From NCBI GenBank assembly GCA_001780035.1, contig MFEY01000007.1, forward strand, positions 6,212 to 70,211: a DNA stretch of 64,000 nt, in the 5' to 3' direction. This document shows, one piece after another, positions 9,013 through 18,927 of this stretch. The stretch is from Candidatus Doudnabacteria bacterium RIFCSPHIGHO2_12_FULL_48_16 (lineage in GTDB: Bacteria > Patescibacteriota > Doudnabacteria > UBA920 > O2-02-FULL-48-8). The position numbers were made by a program, and so were the translations under genes. The notes below the pieces were generated by a model, which was not told the DNA's origin, made no database searches, and saw only the letters and a list, made by a program, of their open reading frames with translations. Within the stretch, counting starts at the first letter, position 1, and each line of letters begins with the position of its first letter.

Positions 9013-10278
9013 ATGAACCTCAAAGCTAGATTTTCTCTGATCGGCGCCGGCATTATAATTTTTCTGATTATTACCCCGCTGCTGGTATTATACGCCCGTG
9101 GTTTTAAATATGATTTTAGCACAGGCCAAGTGGTCAAAACTGGCACTTTGGTGGTCAAAACCGACCCGGCCAAGGCCGCCGTCTGGCTCAACGGTAACCA
9201 ACAAAAAAACGACACGCCGCTGGTGGTGCGGTTTCTGTCCCCGAAAGATTATGAAATCAGCGTGACCAAAGACGGTTACCAGCCGTGGACCAAGCGCCTG
9301 AGCGTCAATGCGCAATATGTCACCTGGGCGGCCCAAAATCGCGATTACATCAATTTATTTTTCCAAACCCCGAAATTGGAGCAAACTCAACCGGTCGTCC
9401 TTGCCACTTTTTCAAAAAATCGCGATGAAATATTTTTTACCACTTCGGACAATTCAGCCCGAAGCTTAAATGTCAACAACGGCCAAACTGCACCGCTCGG
9501 TCCGGCCGTCACGTCCGATATCGCCAGTTTAACCGATCCCCGGCTTGTCTGGAGCGATGCGGCAAAAATCTATGAAATGATGCTGACCAAAGATAAACCA
9601 GGCCTGCCGGGCGCCCTGGCCGCTCAAATCGAATATGTGGAATCCAACGACGATCAGGTCTTGTTTATCGCCGGCCATAATCTTTATGTTTACAGTCCCG
9701 CCCAAATCAAATTGATTGAACGCAGCGTGGCGGCCGGAACGCTCACCTCTGATGGGACGATCTGGTATGTTCACGCCAATAATCTCTATCGGTGGCGGCC
9801 CAATTCGGAAAAACCGGACATTATTCAGTCCCGCCTGCCGGCTTCCCAGGCCGCGTCCTTGCTCGTTGCAGATAATCGGATTTTTTTAACCCTCGACCAG
9901 ACGCTTTATACCATCAACGAAACTCTGGAGCCGGTTTATTCCCCGGTAACTTTTGCTCAGTGGAACGCCTCAGCCGGGCAGCTTGTTTATAGCAACGGCC
10001 ACGAAGCTCAAATTTATAACCCGAACACCAAGAAATCCCAGCTGGTCCTGCGCAGCCTGGATGCTTTTACCGACCCGATCTTTAACAATGAAACCGGCTA
10101 CCTCTTCTACCAACAAAACGGCCAAATCAGGGCAATTGAACTCGATGACCGGAACGGTCAAAACTCGTATACAATTATTACAAACGTCAGTGTTGGCGCG
10201 AAATTTGAAATTTCCCGCTCCGGCCAGAAAATCTATGTTTACGATCAAAGAATGATTAAAGAATATACTATCCGTTAA
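9013..10278 (+). CDS. PEGA-domain membrane-anchored protein
   Basis: N-terminal transmembrane segment, then a PEGA-like module (AAVWLNGNQQKNDTPLVVRFLSPKDYEISVTKDGYQPW), then a beta-rich C-terminus. Confidence 0.55.
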   Translation: MNLKARFSLIGAGIIIFLIITPLLVLYARGFKYDFSTGQVVKTGTLVVKTDPAKAAVWLNGNQQKNDTPLVVRFLSPKDYEISVTKDGYQPWTKRLSVNAQYVTWAAQNRDYINLFFQTPKLEQTQPVVLATFSKNRDEIFFTTSDNSARSLNVNNGQTAPLGPAVTSDIASLTDPRLVWSDAAKIYEMMLTKDKPGLPGALAAQIEYVESNDDQVLFIAGHNLYVYSPAQIKLIERSVAAGTLTSDGTIWYVHANNLYRWRPNSEKPDIIQSRLPASQAASLLVADNRIFLTLDQTLYTINETLEPVYSPVTFAQWNASAGQLVYSNGHEAQIYNPNTKKSQLVLRSLDAFTDPIFNNETGYLFYQQNGQIRAIELDDRNGQNSYTIITNVSVGAKFEISRSGQKIYVYDQRMIKEYTIR

Positions 10279-10685
10279 GCTTGTTGTTCGTCCAATGCTT
10301 CGTTGACCAACTGGTCAGCGATTTTATTTTGGGCACGGGGCACGTGATTAAATTCCACCTGCAAAAATTTTTGGGTCAAAGCCAGGACTTCCGCAGCCAG
10401 GGATTTAAGTCCTGGTTCTTTTATTTTATATTGGCCCGTGAGCTGTCTGACGACTAGCTCGGAATCTAACCGGCAAACCACGCGCTCAAACCCGAGTTTA
10501 TTCGCTTCTATCAAGGCAGCGATTAAAGCGCGGTATTCAGCTTGATTGTTAGTCGCCACGCCCAAATAATGCTTAAAACGCTTTAATTCTTTGCCGCCGG
10601 CATCAAAAATAACGAAGCCAATCCCTCCTGGTCCCGGGTTACCCCTTGCTCCTCCGTCCGAATAGATAATTAATTTATCATTCAT
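10275..10685 (-). CDS. rnhA: Ribonuclease HI
   Basis: MNDKLIIYSDGGARGNPGPGGIGFVI… is the RNase H fold, and the catalytic D/E/D pattern is preserved. Confidence 0.85.
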   Translation of the reverse strand: MNDKLIIYSDGGARGNPGPGGIGFVIFDAGGKELKRFKHYLGVATNNQAEYRALIAALIEANKLGFERVVCRLDSELVVRQLTGQYKIKEPGLKSLAAEVLALTQKFLQVEFNHVPRAQNKIADQLVNEALDEQQA

Positions 10686-12388
10686 AATTTTTGATTTATA
10701 ATTCGCATGTCGATAATTTTAAATTCCATATCCTTGCGGCCATTCCATTCATTGGCCGTGAGTTCAAACACCGCGTCGAATTTTGTTCCCAAAATCAACT
10801 GGTTCGCCAAGAATCCTTGATTAAATGCAATTGCGCCTAATCGATGGTCGCCGAACTTTGCTTTTAACTTCAAATGCTGATTAGCGTTACCAACTGTGCG
10901 GTATTCTAAAATTTCCAAATCGCGGCCAGAGAGTTTGGGTTTGGGGTTACCCATACCAAAGGGAGCTAGTTTTTCAATCAGTTCTAGAGTTGGCCACGAA
11001 ACATCTGACGGCGAAACTTCCGCATCAATATGCAAAACCGGATCGCTTAAAGTTAGGCTCAAACTTTCCGCATATTCTAAAAGTTTTTGATGTAAATTCT
11101 CCAACCTTTCGTGAGAGGTGCTAAACCCGGCGGCTTGGGTGTGGCCACCGTATTTTTCTAAATGCTCTTGGGAATACCCCAAACCAGCCACAATGTCGAA
11201 TTCTGCAATTGATCGGGCTGAGCCTGTGGCCGCCCCGGCCGCGTCCACGCTGACCACTAGAACGGGTCGGTTGTGCTCTTCCATCAGCTTGCCGGCAACC
11301 AAGCCCACTACGCCCTTCGGCCAATCTGTGCCGGAAACCAATAATACTTTTTTGTCCAAATTCAATTCAGCCTGGGCCCGCGCTTCGCTAAGCACCTGAT
11401 CAGTCAGAATTTGGCGCTGACGATTAAGATCAATCACTTCTTTGGCCAATTGTTCGGCTTCAGCCTTGTCATCTGAAATCAAAAGTTTGAACGCCACGTC
11501 CGCGTGCTTGATACGGCCGGCGGCGTTGATCGGCGGCGCTAAAATAAAACCCAAAGTGAATGTATCGAATTTCTGGCCCTCAATCCCGGCAGTTTTGATT
11601 AGCGCGGCCAGTCCCGGCCAACGGGTTTTGGGCAAAACTTTAAGCCCGAAATTAACCAGGATACGATTTTCGCCGGTCAGACTCTGCAGGTCAGCCACTG
11701 TGCCGATCGCCACTAAATCCAAGAGCCATTTTTCCCACCCATCCGTAATTCGTAATTCGTAATTCGTAATTCGACTAAATAGGCCTTGAACCAGCTTATA
11801 CGCCACCCCAACCCCGGTCAAATACAGAAACGGATAATTATCCGCCGGATTTTTGGGATTGATCACGGCAAACGCTTCCGGCAAATCGCCGATAACTTCG
11901 TGGTGATCGGTAATAATCAAATCGATCCCCAACTCGCGGCAAATTAATGCTTCGGCGCGGGCGTTAATCCCGCAATCAACCGTAATGATAACTTTGGCAT
12001 TCTGAGCGTGTAGTTGCTTAATTCCTTCGGCGCTCATCCCATAACCTTCGCTAAATCGATCCGGGATATAATAAATCACTTGCGCGCCGAGTTTCTTTAA
12101 GGCCAAGTAAGCGACCGCGCAAGCAGTCACCGCATCCGCGTCATAATCCGCGTAAATCGCGATAATCTCTTTTTGTGCAATCGCGCGCTCGATCCGTTCG
12201 ACAGCCTTCTGCATATCCTGAAACAAGAACGGATCATGCAGTTTGGCGTAATCCGGGTCCAAAAAATCGCGGATCGCTTCGGCCTCAGTAATCCCGCGCA
12301 AAGCGAGCAACCGCAAAATGAGCGGCGAGTATTCTGCCAAATCCGGTATTGCGGTTTTCAGTTCTTTGGTTCGCCACTGTTTTTTCAT
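10682..12388 (-). CDS. recJ: Single-stranded-DNA-specific exonuclease RecJ
   Basis: DHH/DHHA1 motifs (…IITVDCGI…, …ITDHHE…). 568 aa. Confidence 0.85.
   Translation of the reverse strand: MKKQWRTKELKTAIPDLAEYSPLILRLLALRGITEAEAIRDFLDPDYAKLHDPFLFQDMQKAVERIERAIAQKEIIAIYADYDADAVTACAVAYLALKKLGAQVIYYIPDRFSEGYGMSAEGIKQLHAQNAKVIITVDCGINARAEALICRELGIDLIITDHHEVIGDLPEAFAVINPKNPADNYPFLYLTGVGVAYKLVQGLFSRITNYELRITDGWEKWLLDLVAIGTVADLQSLTGENRILVNFGLKVLPKTRWPGLAALIKTAGIEGQKFDTFTLGFILAPPINAAGRIKHADVAFKLLISDDKAEAEQLAKEVIDLNRQRQILTDQVLSEARAQAELNLDKKVLLVSGTDWPKGVVGLVAGKLMEEHNRPVLVVSVDAAGAATGSARSIAEFDIVAGLGYSQEHLEKYGGHTQAAGFSTSHERLENLHQKLLEYAESLSLTLSDPVLHIDAEVSPSDVSWPTLELIEKLAPFGMGNPKPKLSGRDLEILEYRTVGNANQHLKLKAKFGDHRLGAIAFNQGFLANQLILGTKFDAVFELTANEWNGRKDMEFKIIDMRIINQKL
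11744..11773. repeat. Tandem heptamer (CGTAATT)x4 inside the recJ coding sequence
   Basis: I read ccgtaattcgtaattcgtaattcgtaattcgac. On the minus strand it encodes …NYELRITDG…. A seven-nucleotide unit means any unit gain or loss shifts the frame. Confidence 0.7.
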
Positions 12389-13116
12389 GCAATTGCATCC
12401 AAAATAATTTGGTTAACTTTTTTAACTTCGTCCAGATTGCGCCGGTAATCATGACCAACGCCACGAACCAGAATAAATTTTTTCGGTTCATTAGCTTCGT
12501 CAAAAATCTTTTGTATGGTTTCTGGTGGACAGATTGTATCTTTTTCTCCGGCTATTAGTAATATAGGAATATGCAATCCCTTTATCTTGTCCAGCGTATC
12601 GTATTTACTTGAATCTTCAAAAAAGGACAGGGGTACTGAATATTGTTTATTTTGAGTAGGGTTACCAGGAATATCTCGATTGTTAACCTCAACTGCTCGG
12701 TTATTACGTAAAGTTTTTTTGTTGCTCGACATAATAGCCAGAACCTTAGAAATATCTGGATCTGATTCGGCATAAAGTAAAGACATCCTTCCTCCCATAC
12801 TATGGCCGCCGGCGAGGAGAAAATTATATGTGCCATTTGCCAACATATAATTTTTTACGCTTCTTATATCATTTAAATACTGAGTGGTTGTGTAGTCTGA
12901 GATTGATCCCTCGCTTTCCCAAGTACCCGTAGGATCAAAACGGACAACAGTATACCCTTTTGCAGCTAAATCGTTAGCCAAATAAAGCAACCCATTATAA
13001 TCTTTCGAATCCAGATAACCTGGACACAAAATCGCCAACTTGTCAGTAACTTGGGTTGACCGGTGAATCGCCGCTGCTAATTTATTTTTTCCAGATGGGA
13101 TTTTAACTAGTTCCAT
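12385..13116 (-). CDS. Alpha/beta-hydrolase family serine hydrolase
   Basis: GxSxG nucleophile elbow (LLAGGHSMGG) and a later GHD triad residue. This gene is about 38% GC. Confidence 0.6.
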   Translation of the reverse strand: MELVKIPSGKNKLAAAIHRSTQVTDKLAILCPGYLDSKDYNGLLYLANDLAAKGYTVVRFDPTGTWESEGSISDYTTTQYLNDIRSVKNYMLANGTYNFLLAGGHSMGGRMSLLYAESDPDISKVLAIMSSNKKTLRNNRAVEVNNRDIPGNPTQNKQYSVPLSFFEDSSKYDTLDKIKGLHIPILLIAGEKDTICPPETIQKIFDEANEPKKFILVRGVGHDYRRNLDEVKKVNQIILDAIA

Positions 13117-13889
13117 AAAATTTTTTTTAAATTACTACCGGTTTTAATTAAAGTGAATAACTCGTCATAAAATTCCGGGTTACCACCCACAAAAACTCTA
13201 TCCGATGGATTAATATTGGTCGCGCCTTCGATATTAGTAAATTTACCGCCGGCTTCTTGAATAATAAACCCTCCAGCAAACTCTGGAAATGCATCTTTAG
13301 TAAAGGTCGCGATACCATCAACACGGCCGCAAGCGACGGCGCAATATTCAACTGCGATCGAATTCCAGTTATTTTCAACCATATAACCACTTAGTAAGTT
13401 TGCTACTTTCTCGATCACTTCCGGTCTTTTCCATGCAATAGATGGTCTTAAGATAACCTTGCTATGTGCTTGGCTAACTTTTATGGGCCGATTATTTAGA
13501 AATGCTCCCTTACCTGCGAAAGCTGTAAATAATTCATCTGCTGTGGGATTATAGACTGCAGCAAAGACCGTCATATGATTAACTAGATGCGAGATTACTA
13601 TTGAGTATGAATTTGGCGCTCCTTTAATAAACCCACTCGTCCCGCTTATCGGATCCACCACCCAAAGATTATCGGAGTTTTGAAATAAGTCATGTTCCTC
13701 TTCGGCGTAAAGTATGTGGTTGGTTCCAAAACTCGCAATAATATTTTGCAAACCTCTTTCAATGGCCAAATCTTCTTCGGTCAAGTGAACTTTTGTGATA
13801 CCAATATCAACAATATTACCGGCTCGGGTAGCTAATCTTTTACCCGACGCCACCATAAAATCAATTATTTTCTGATAATCTATATCCAT
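13107..13889 (-). CDS. Inositol monophosphatase family protein (SuhB/CysQ-like)
   Basis: IMPase motifs WVVDPISGTSGF and …YAEEE…. 260 aa. Confidence 0.7.
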   Translation of the reverse strand: MDIDYQKIIDFMVASGKRLATRAGNIVDIGITKVHLTEEDLAIERGLQNIIASFGTNHILYAEEEHDLFQNSDNLWVVDPISGTSGFIKGAPNSYSIVISHLVNHMTVFAAVYNPTADELFTAFAGKGAFLNNRPIKVSQAHSKVILRPSIAWKRPEVIEKVANLLSGYMVENNWNSIAVEYCAVACGRVDGIATFTKDAFPEFAGGFIIQEAGGKFTNIEGATNINPSDRVFVGGNPEFYDELFTLIKTGSNLKKILWN

Positions 13890-13986
13890 TTATGCATCAT
13901 AACAAAAAATCGCAGGTTCGGCGATTAAATCAAAACCTATTCATAATCAACCCTTCGTCCAATCTTTTGACCGATCGTCCATAAAG

Positions 13987-14466
13987 TTGTACATTATAAA
14001 TATGCACAAAACTGAATTCCAAGAATTTCTCGAACAAACTGCGGGACTACTGGACGACATGGTTCTCGGCCGTTTAAGTATCCGCAGTCTTTACTATCCC
14101 CGCTCAACTTATTATTACAAATTACGAAAGTTTAAAAAACAAGGATTATTAAAGCCTCAAAACCGCAAAAAGTATCCGAATACCCTTATCCTGACTGATA
14201 AAGGCCGCGAGCTGATCAAAAAATCTAAAGCTGCTGTCAAGCGAACCGACGGTCTGTCTACTATTGTTCTGTTCGATATCCCGGAAGAAAAACGGAAGGC
14301 GCGCAATATTTTGCGGCGCTATTTATTACGTAATGGTTATATCCAGATTCAAAAAAGTGCTTTTCTGGGTCAGATTAGGTTCAGCGACGAACTTCGTGAA
14401 TTAGCCGAGGAATTAAAAATTATTACTGATCTTAAAATTATCTCCGGTCGCATCGACCAAATTTAA
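13987..14466 (+). CDS. Winged-helix N-terminal domain fused to a Cas2-like C-terminal domain (PaaX-like architecture)
   Basis: The C-terminus STIVLFDIPEEKRKARNILRRYLLRNGYIQIQKSAFLG fits the Cas2 beta1-alpha1-beta2 signature (xxVxxYDI…RRRL…GxRVQxSVF). The N-terminus …YKLRKFKKQGLL…LTDKGRELI looks like a winged helix. There is no CRISPR array in the window. Confidence 0.4.
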   Translation: MYIINMHKTEFQEFLEQTAGLLDDMVLGRLSIRSLYYPRSTYYYKLRKFKKQGLLKPQNRKKYPNTLILTDKGRELIKKSKAAVKRTDGLSTIVLFDIPEEKRKARNILRRYLLRNGYIQIQKSAFLGQIRFSDELRELAEELKIITDLKIISGRIDQI

Positions 14467-14513
14467 CATTGTCTAATTTTTTGGCCGATCGACCATTTAG
14501 TTGGACAATTCTG

Positions 14514-14954
14514 TCAAAATAAATTTGCTGGCGGGCGATCGTCTTCTTCCATCGGCTGTAAAGGACGATGGGCCATTCCCCGTTCAGAGTTTTTTAAAAG
14601 AGTTTTGGCGGTATCCAAAATATCAGCGGGCGGGTCGTAGCCTTTAACTTTAAACTCGACGTTAGAAAGCATTTTGGCCTGGTCGCGGTCTTTTTCCCGC
14701 CCTAAGTGGGAAAAAATAATCACCGGCACGGGAGAGAGAGCCTTGTTGTTGCGAATTTTTTCGATCAGCTCAAATCCGGTCATTCGCGGCATCATAATGC
14801 CGGTAAACAGCAAGTCGGGATATTCGCTCTGGGCTTTTTCCCAGGCCTCCTGGCCGTCGTTGGCCGGGATAACTTCATATCCCGCGGCTCTAAAAAGCTC
14901 GACGTATAAATCGCGTTGCAAAAAATCATCATCCGCTACTAGAATTTTTTTCAT
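14514..14954 (-). CDS. Single-domain response regulator (CheY-like receiver)
   Basis: MKKILVADDDFLQRDLYVELF…DLLFTGIMMPRMTGFELIEKIR… has the conserved Asp pocket, and there is no output domain. Confidence 0.75.
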   Translation of the reverse strand: MKKILVADDDFLQRDLYVELFRAAGYEVIPANDGQEAWEKAQSEYPDLLFTGIMMPRMTGFELIEKIRNNKALSPVPVIIFSHLGREKDRDQAKMLSNVEFKVKGYDPPADILDTAKTLLKNSERGMAHRPLQPMEEDDRPPANLF

Positions 14955-15061
14955 CCCGTTAGAAATAATGGTTAGTTAATAAATATAATTTTTTATAATC
15001 AATCCGTTGAGTGTATTCTTTGCGATAAATTCAACTATGTAAAATTTCTAACGGGATTCAT
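14955..15061 (-). mobile_element. IR-A miniature inverted-repeat element, copy 1, inserted at the gpmI stop / response-regulator start junction
   Basis: Minus-strand orientation: ATGAAT-CCCGTTAGAAAT…(75 nt)…ATTTCTAACGGG-ATGAAA. The arms are a perfect 12-14 bp inverted repeat and the loop contains TTAACTAAC. If the element and one ATGAA are removed, gpmI and the regulator overlap as …GGGATATGAAAAAA, an ATGA start-stop overlap. Confidence 0.55.
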
Positions 15062-16701
15062 ATCCCTGCTTGTTTGGTCAGTTGCGGCAACAAACTGATG
15101 CCGGTCATTTCAGCGGGTTTTTCTATCCCCATCAATTCTAGCATGGTCGGCGCTACGTCCGAAAGTACCCCCACGGGGACAATCCCCGCTAGCGACACAA
15201 TTCCCCCTTCTTTGGGGTGCTTGCGCTTGAGTTGGCCCATAACCGCGACTAAGGGCACCGGGTTGGTTGAATGCTCTTTATCGATCCCGCCAGATCGAAT
15301 ATCCAGCAACTCCTCGACATTGCCGTGATCCGCGGTGATCAGCAGCGCAATGTTTTGGTTTAGGCATTCGGCCGACAGTTTTTGTAGGCATTCGTCGATT
15401 ACCTTGATCGCCTTGATCGATGCCTGCATGTTTCCCGTATGCCCAACCATATCAGGGTTGGCGTAATTAATCAGGTAAAACGTATAATTTTCTTTCAGCT
15501 TCCCAATCAACTCGTCCGTTGTCTTGTATGCGGACATTTCCGGCACATCGACATAATTTTGATAATTGGACGCGGGCGAAGTGATGATTTTTCGCTCCTC
15601 GCCGGGAAAAGGATTGATCACTCCGCCGTTGAAAAACACCGAAACATGCGCGTATTTTTCTGACTCGGCAATATGAAACTGCCGCAAGCCCTTCTTGCTG
15701 ATTAACTCGGCCATGCCGTTGGTAATTTCCTGGGGCGGGAAAGCCATTTTGACATTCAGGTCGTGAGCGAATTCGGTCATGGTGACAAATAACAGGTTTT
15801 TAAAAACCTTGGCCGGCTGGGTAAATTTATTGAAATTATTCTCCGCAAACGCGCGGGTGATCTGCAGGGCGCGATCCGGCCGGAAATTAAAATGGATTAC
15901 GGCATCATTGTCGGAAACCAGCGCCGGTTTGCCCAGCCTCGACTCGCCGTCGAGGCGAGGCGGGCCATTTTCCTGCAAAATCACATTCGGCGGCACCATT
16001 TCATCAAAAATATGCTGGGCATAACTATCCTCGATCGCCGCCTGGGCCGAACCCACCTGCTTGCCTTCGCCAAAGACCATGGCACGGTAAGTTTGCTCGG
16101 TCAAATTCCAATGCTCAGCCCGATCCATGGAATAAAATCGGCCGGTCACGGTGGCAATTTTGCCGACATCAAAATTCCGCATTTTCTTGCTCAGTTTATC
16201 CAATGTTTCCAGCGCAATTTGCGGCGGCGTATCGCGGCCGTCCAAAAACATATGAATATAGACGTTTTGGATTTTTTGTTCGGCCGCCAAGCCCAATAGC
16301 GCATAAAGATGCTCGTCATAACTGTGCACGCCGCCCGGACTGACCAGCCCGACCAGATGCAGATTGGAGTTGTTCTTCTTGACATGCTCGCAAGCCTGCA
16401 GGAATGCCGGGTTCCTAAAAAAACTCCGGTCCTCGATGGATAATGTAATCCGCGATAAATCCTGGCCAATAATTCGGCCCGCGCCTAGATTCAAATGCCC
16501 GACTTCGGAATTGCCCATTTCACCCCAGGGCAGGCCCACCGACGGTCCCGAAGCCTGCAAGGTGGTGGCGGGATAATTATCGATCAGGTAATTGATGTGT
16601 GTCGGCTGCGCCATAACAATGGCATTGCCTTGCGATCCGGTGGCAATACCAAACCCGTCGAGGACCACTAAGACTAATTTTTTATAAGGTTGGATGGTCA
16701 T
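15058..16701 (-). CDS. gpmI: 2,3-bisphosphoglycerate-independent phosphoglycerate mutase
   Basis: The 547-aa product is collinear with iPGM (…VVLDGFG…, …SEVGHLNLGAGR…, …ADHGN…). Confidence 0.9.
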   Translation of the reverse strand: MTIQPYKKLVLVVLDGFGIATGSQGNAIVMAQPTHINYLIDNYPATTLQASGPSVGLPWGEMGNSEVGHLNLGAGRIIGQDLSRITLSIEDRSFFRNPAFLQACEHVKKNNSNLHLVGLVSPGGVHSYDEHLYALLGLAAEQKIQNVYIHMFLDGRDTPPQIALETLDKLSKKMRNFDVGKIATVTGRFYSMDRAEHWNLTEQTYRAMVFGEGKQVGSAQAAIEDSYAQHIFDEMVPPNVILQENGPPRLDGESRLGKPALVSDNDAVIHFNFRPDRALQITRAFAENNFNKFTQPAKVFKNLLFVTMTEFAHDLNVKMAFPPQEITNGMAELISKKGLRQFHIAESEKYAHVSVFFNGGVINPFPGEERKIITSPASNYQNYVDVPEMSAYKTTDELIGKLKENYTFYLINYANPDMVGHTGNMQASIKAIKVIDECLQKLSAECLNQNIALLITADHGNVEELLDIRSGGIDKEHSTNPVPLVAVMGQLKRKHPKEGGIVSLAGIVPVGVLSDVAPTMLELMGIEKPAEMTGISLLPQLTKQAGI

Positions 16702-16705
16702 AAAA

Positions 16706-17947
16706 TCACTTCCCTTCCAATGCCTTAATTGCCGGTAATTCTTTGCCGGCTAAAAATTCCAGCATGGCGCCGCCGCCGGTGGAAACATGATCCACGAACT
16801 GCGAGACTTTGGCCAGGTCAAACACTTCCACCGTTTCCCCGCCGCCGATCACTCCGAACGCCTTGCCTTTTGACCGGCTGGCGAACACTTGCGCCAAAGA
16901 CTTGCTGCCAAAAGCAAATTTCGGATTTTCGAACAAGCCAAACGGCCCGTTCCAAACCAAGGTTTGGGCCTGCTTGATCAGGCCGGAAAATTTGCGCACG
17001 CTTTCCGGTCCAATGTCCAGAATCTGCTCGGCTTTTTTTACACCATCCACTTTGACTAAGCTAGCTGTGCCGGCCGGGTTTGGGGCCGTAACCAAATCCA
17101 CGGGTAAAACAATTTTGGTTTTGTAGCTCCGCAGCAATTGCCTGGCCAGCGGAACATCGGAAACTTTTGACCCGCCAATTTCATAACCGTGCGCGGCCAA
17201 AAAGGCATTCGCCACGGCCCCGCCGACAATGATCTGTGAGGCGTGCTGGGCCAGATTGTGAATTGTTTCAATTTTATCATCAATTTTTGCTCCGCCGACC
17301 ATAAACACAAACGGCTGGGCCGGGTTGCTGATGATTTTCTGCAGTGATCTAATCTCTTTGATGAAATTCACACCACCATAGGCCGGCAGCTTACGAGCCA
17401 AGCCGAAGGTCGAAGCATCCTTGCGGTGGGCTACCGAGAACGCCTCATTGACGTAAACGTCGCCAAACCGGGCCAGAACCTCGACAAACTCTTCATCGTT
17501 TTGCTGTTCGCCCGGATAAAACCGCAAATTTTCCAGAAACAAAATGTTACCGGCCGAAATTTTTTTGCTCCAGCCGGAGTGGTCTTGCTTAGTGATGTCT
17601 TGGGCAAAAAAATACAGGTGGGGCACGGAATAGCTCGGTATCCGATCCACTATCTCGACGAATTTAAAATTCAACAGTTGGGCCAATTTTTCGGCCACCG
17701 GCCGCAGACTCTTTGATTTATCCCAACCCTCCGGCCGGCCCAGATGGGACATGACGATAATTTTGGCTTTTTGTCCGATCAAATACTTCAAGGTCGACAA
17801 AACGTCTTTGATTCTCGTATCATCTGCAACTATCAATTCTTCCCCCTCCCCCTTCCCCCCTCTACCCTCTTTTAATGGCACGTCAAACCCGGCGCGCAAA
17901 ATCACGCGCCGGCCAGTTACTTTGACACTTGTAATGCTTTTTATCAT
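16706..17947 (-). CDS. pgk: Phosphoglycerate kinase
   Basis: 413 aa with PGK motifs (…VIVMSHLGRP…, …FLENLRF…, …GGGA…). Confidence 0.9.
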   Translation of the reverse strand: MIKSITSVKVTGRRVILRAGFDVPLKEGRGGKGEGEELIVADDTRIKDVLSTLKYLIGQKAKIIVMSHLGRPEGWDKSKSLRPVAEKLAQLLNFKFVEIVDRIPSYSVPHLYFFAQDITKQDHSGWSKKISAGNILFLENLRFYPGEQQNDEEFVEVLARFGDVYVNEAFSVAHRKDASTFGLARKLPAYGGVNFIKEIRSLQKIISNPAQPFVFMVGGAKIDDKIETIHNLAQHASQIIVGGAVANAFLAAHGYEIGGSKVSDVPLARQLLRSYKTKIVLPVDLVTAPNPAGTASLVKVDGVKKAEQILDIGPESVRKFSGLIKQAQTLVWNGPFGLFENPKFAFGSKSLAQVFASRSKGKAFGVIGGGETVEVFDLAKVSQFVDHVSTGGGAMLEFLAGKELPAIKALEGK

Positions 17948-17971
17948 AAATCGTATAATCTCCTCGAAACC

Positions 17972-18085
17972 GTCTTTGCGAGCGGCCGCTTTATAATCTA
18001 TATAAACTTAGCGGCCGCGAAGCAATCTCTTTATTGGGGTAAGATTGCTTCGTCGTCCCGACAAGTCGGGACTCCTCGCAAAGAC
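17972..18085. repeat. IR-B element, copy a (GTCTTTGCGAG … CCTCGCAAAGAC)
   Basis: The terminal inverted repeats flank internal hairpins agcggccgc…gcggccgct, cgaagcaatct…agattgcttcg and gtcccgac-aa-gtcgggac. The element sits just upstream of the pgk start. Confidence 0.55.
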
Positions 18086-18099
18086 AGAAAAAATAATAT

Positions 18100-18279
18100 C
18101 TATCTTTTCTTCGTCTTCGCATCCCTGATCATCACTCCGCCCGGGACTTTCGTCAGCAGCAAATACTGACGTTCGCGCCAGCCAAACGACCGGATAAACT
18201 CTGCGGGAACAATCAGCGCCAGGGATTTTCCCGCGCCAACTCTGGTCAGTTTTCTTTTTGAATTGATCGGCCTTGCCAT
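18100..18279 (-). CDS. AbrB/MazE/SpoVT-family small DNA-binding protein (59 aa). It is not in the ORF track, which only lists ORFs of 60 aa or more
   Basis: MARPINSKRKLTRVGAGKSLALIVPAEFIRSFGWRERQYLLLTKVPGGVMIRDAKTKKR is a swapped-hairpin AbrB/MazE signature (…vG.S.a..iP.e…g…). A paralog lies at 22836-23009. Confidence 0.5.
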   Translation of the reverse strand: MARPINSKRKLTRVGAGKSLALIVPAEFIRSFGWRERQYLLLTKVPGGVMIRDAKTKKR

Positions 18280-18321
18280 ATTTAACTACTTACTTAAGTA
18301 AGTAGTTTAGTGCTGAGTTAC

Positions 18322-18927
18322 TTATTTCGTAAACTTGAAAGTGGACAGGATTTGATCCACCAAAGGAGATACTTTATTAACATAATCATTACTATCGCTT
18401 AAAACATCCGTAAAACTTAGAAAATAAGTTAGAGCAAATGCATTGTTGTTTTTTTCAAAGACAACAATTCTCATGACCCCTAATCCTGTATCGTAGACCA
18501 ATTCGAACGCATCTTCCTGCGCAAATACTATTTTCTGGTTAGATATTAATTTGAACCCTCTAGCCGCGTTGTAAACATTTAACCAATTATTTGCTACTGT
18601 CGATGCCGCTTTATTTTCATATACATACCAGACTGTACCCGAGGGTGCCTGACCTTGAACTTTAGGACCTGTTACCGATACTAAATTCTCATACCACAGC
18701 GAATCGCTCGCGTCGGACTTTGGAAGATGTCTGTCGATTAACTCCCAATTGCTTGGATACTTAAACTCAAACCCGTATTTGGTATTGGTATAAGTTTTCC
18801 AATTCACGGTTTCATTTGTTGTGACTGGAGCCTTAACAATTCTGGGATTCTGCCACAGGTAAATGCCACCGACCACAACGATGGCGGCCGCAGCGAGAAA
18901 TAGATAGCCTAAAATTTTATGCTTCAT
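18322..18927 (-). CDS. Membrane-anchored extracytoplasmic protein, member of the W-TY-N-KYGFEF-YP family, paralog 1
   Basis: N-terminal transmembrane segment, motif [20 protein letters not shown], and a C-terminus …ILSTFKFTK shared with 22033, 23093, 23907 and 45219. Confidence 0.5.
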   Translation of the reverse strand: MKHKILGYLFLAAAAIVVVGGIYLWQNPRIVKAPVTTNETVNWKTYTNTKYGFEFKYPSNWELIDRHLPKSDASDSLWYENLVSVTGPKVQGQAPSGTVWYVYENKAASTVANNWLNVYNAARGFKLISNQKIVFAQEDAFELVYDTGLGVMRIVVFEKNNNAFALTYFLSFTDVLSDSNDYVNKVSPLVDQILSTFKFTK

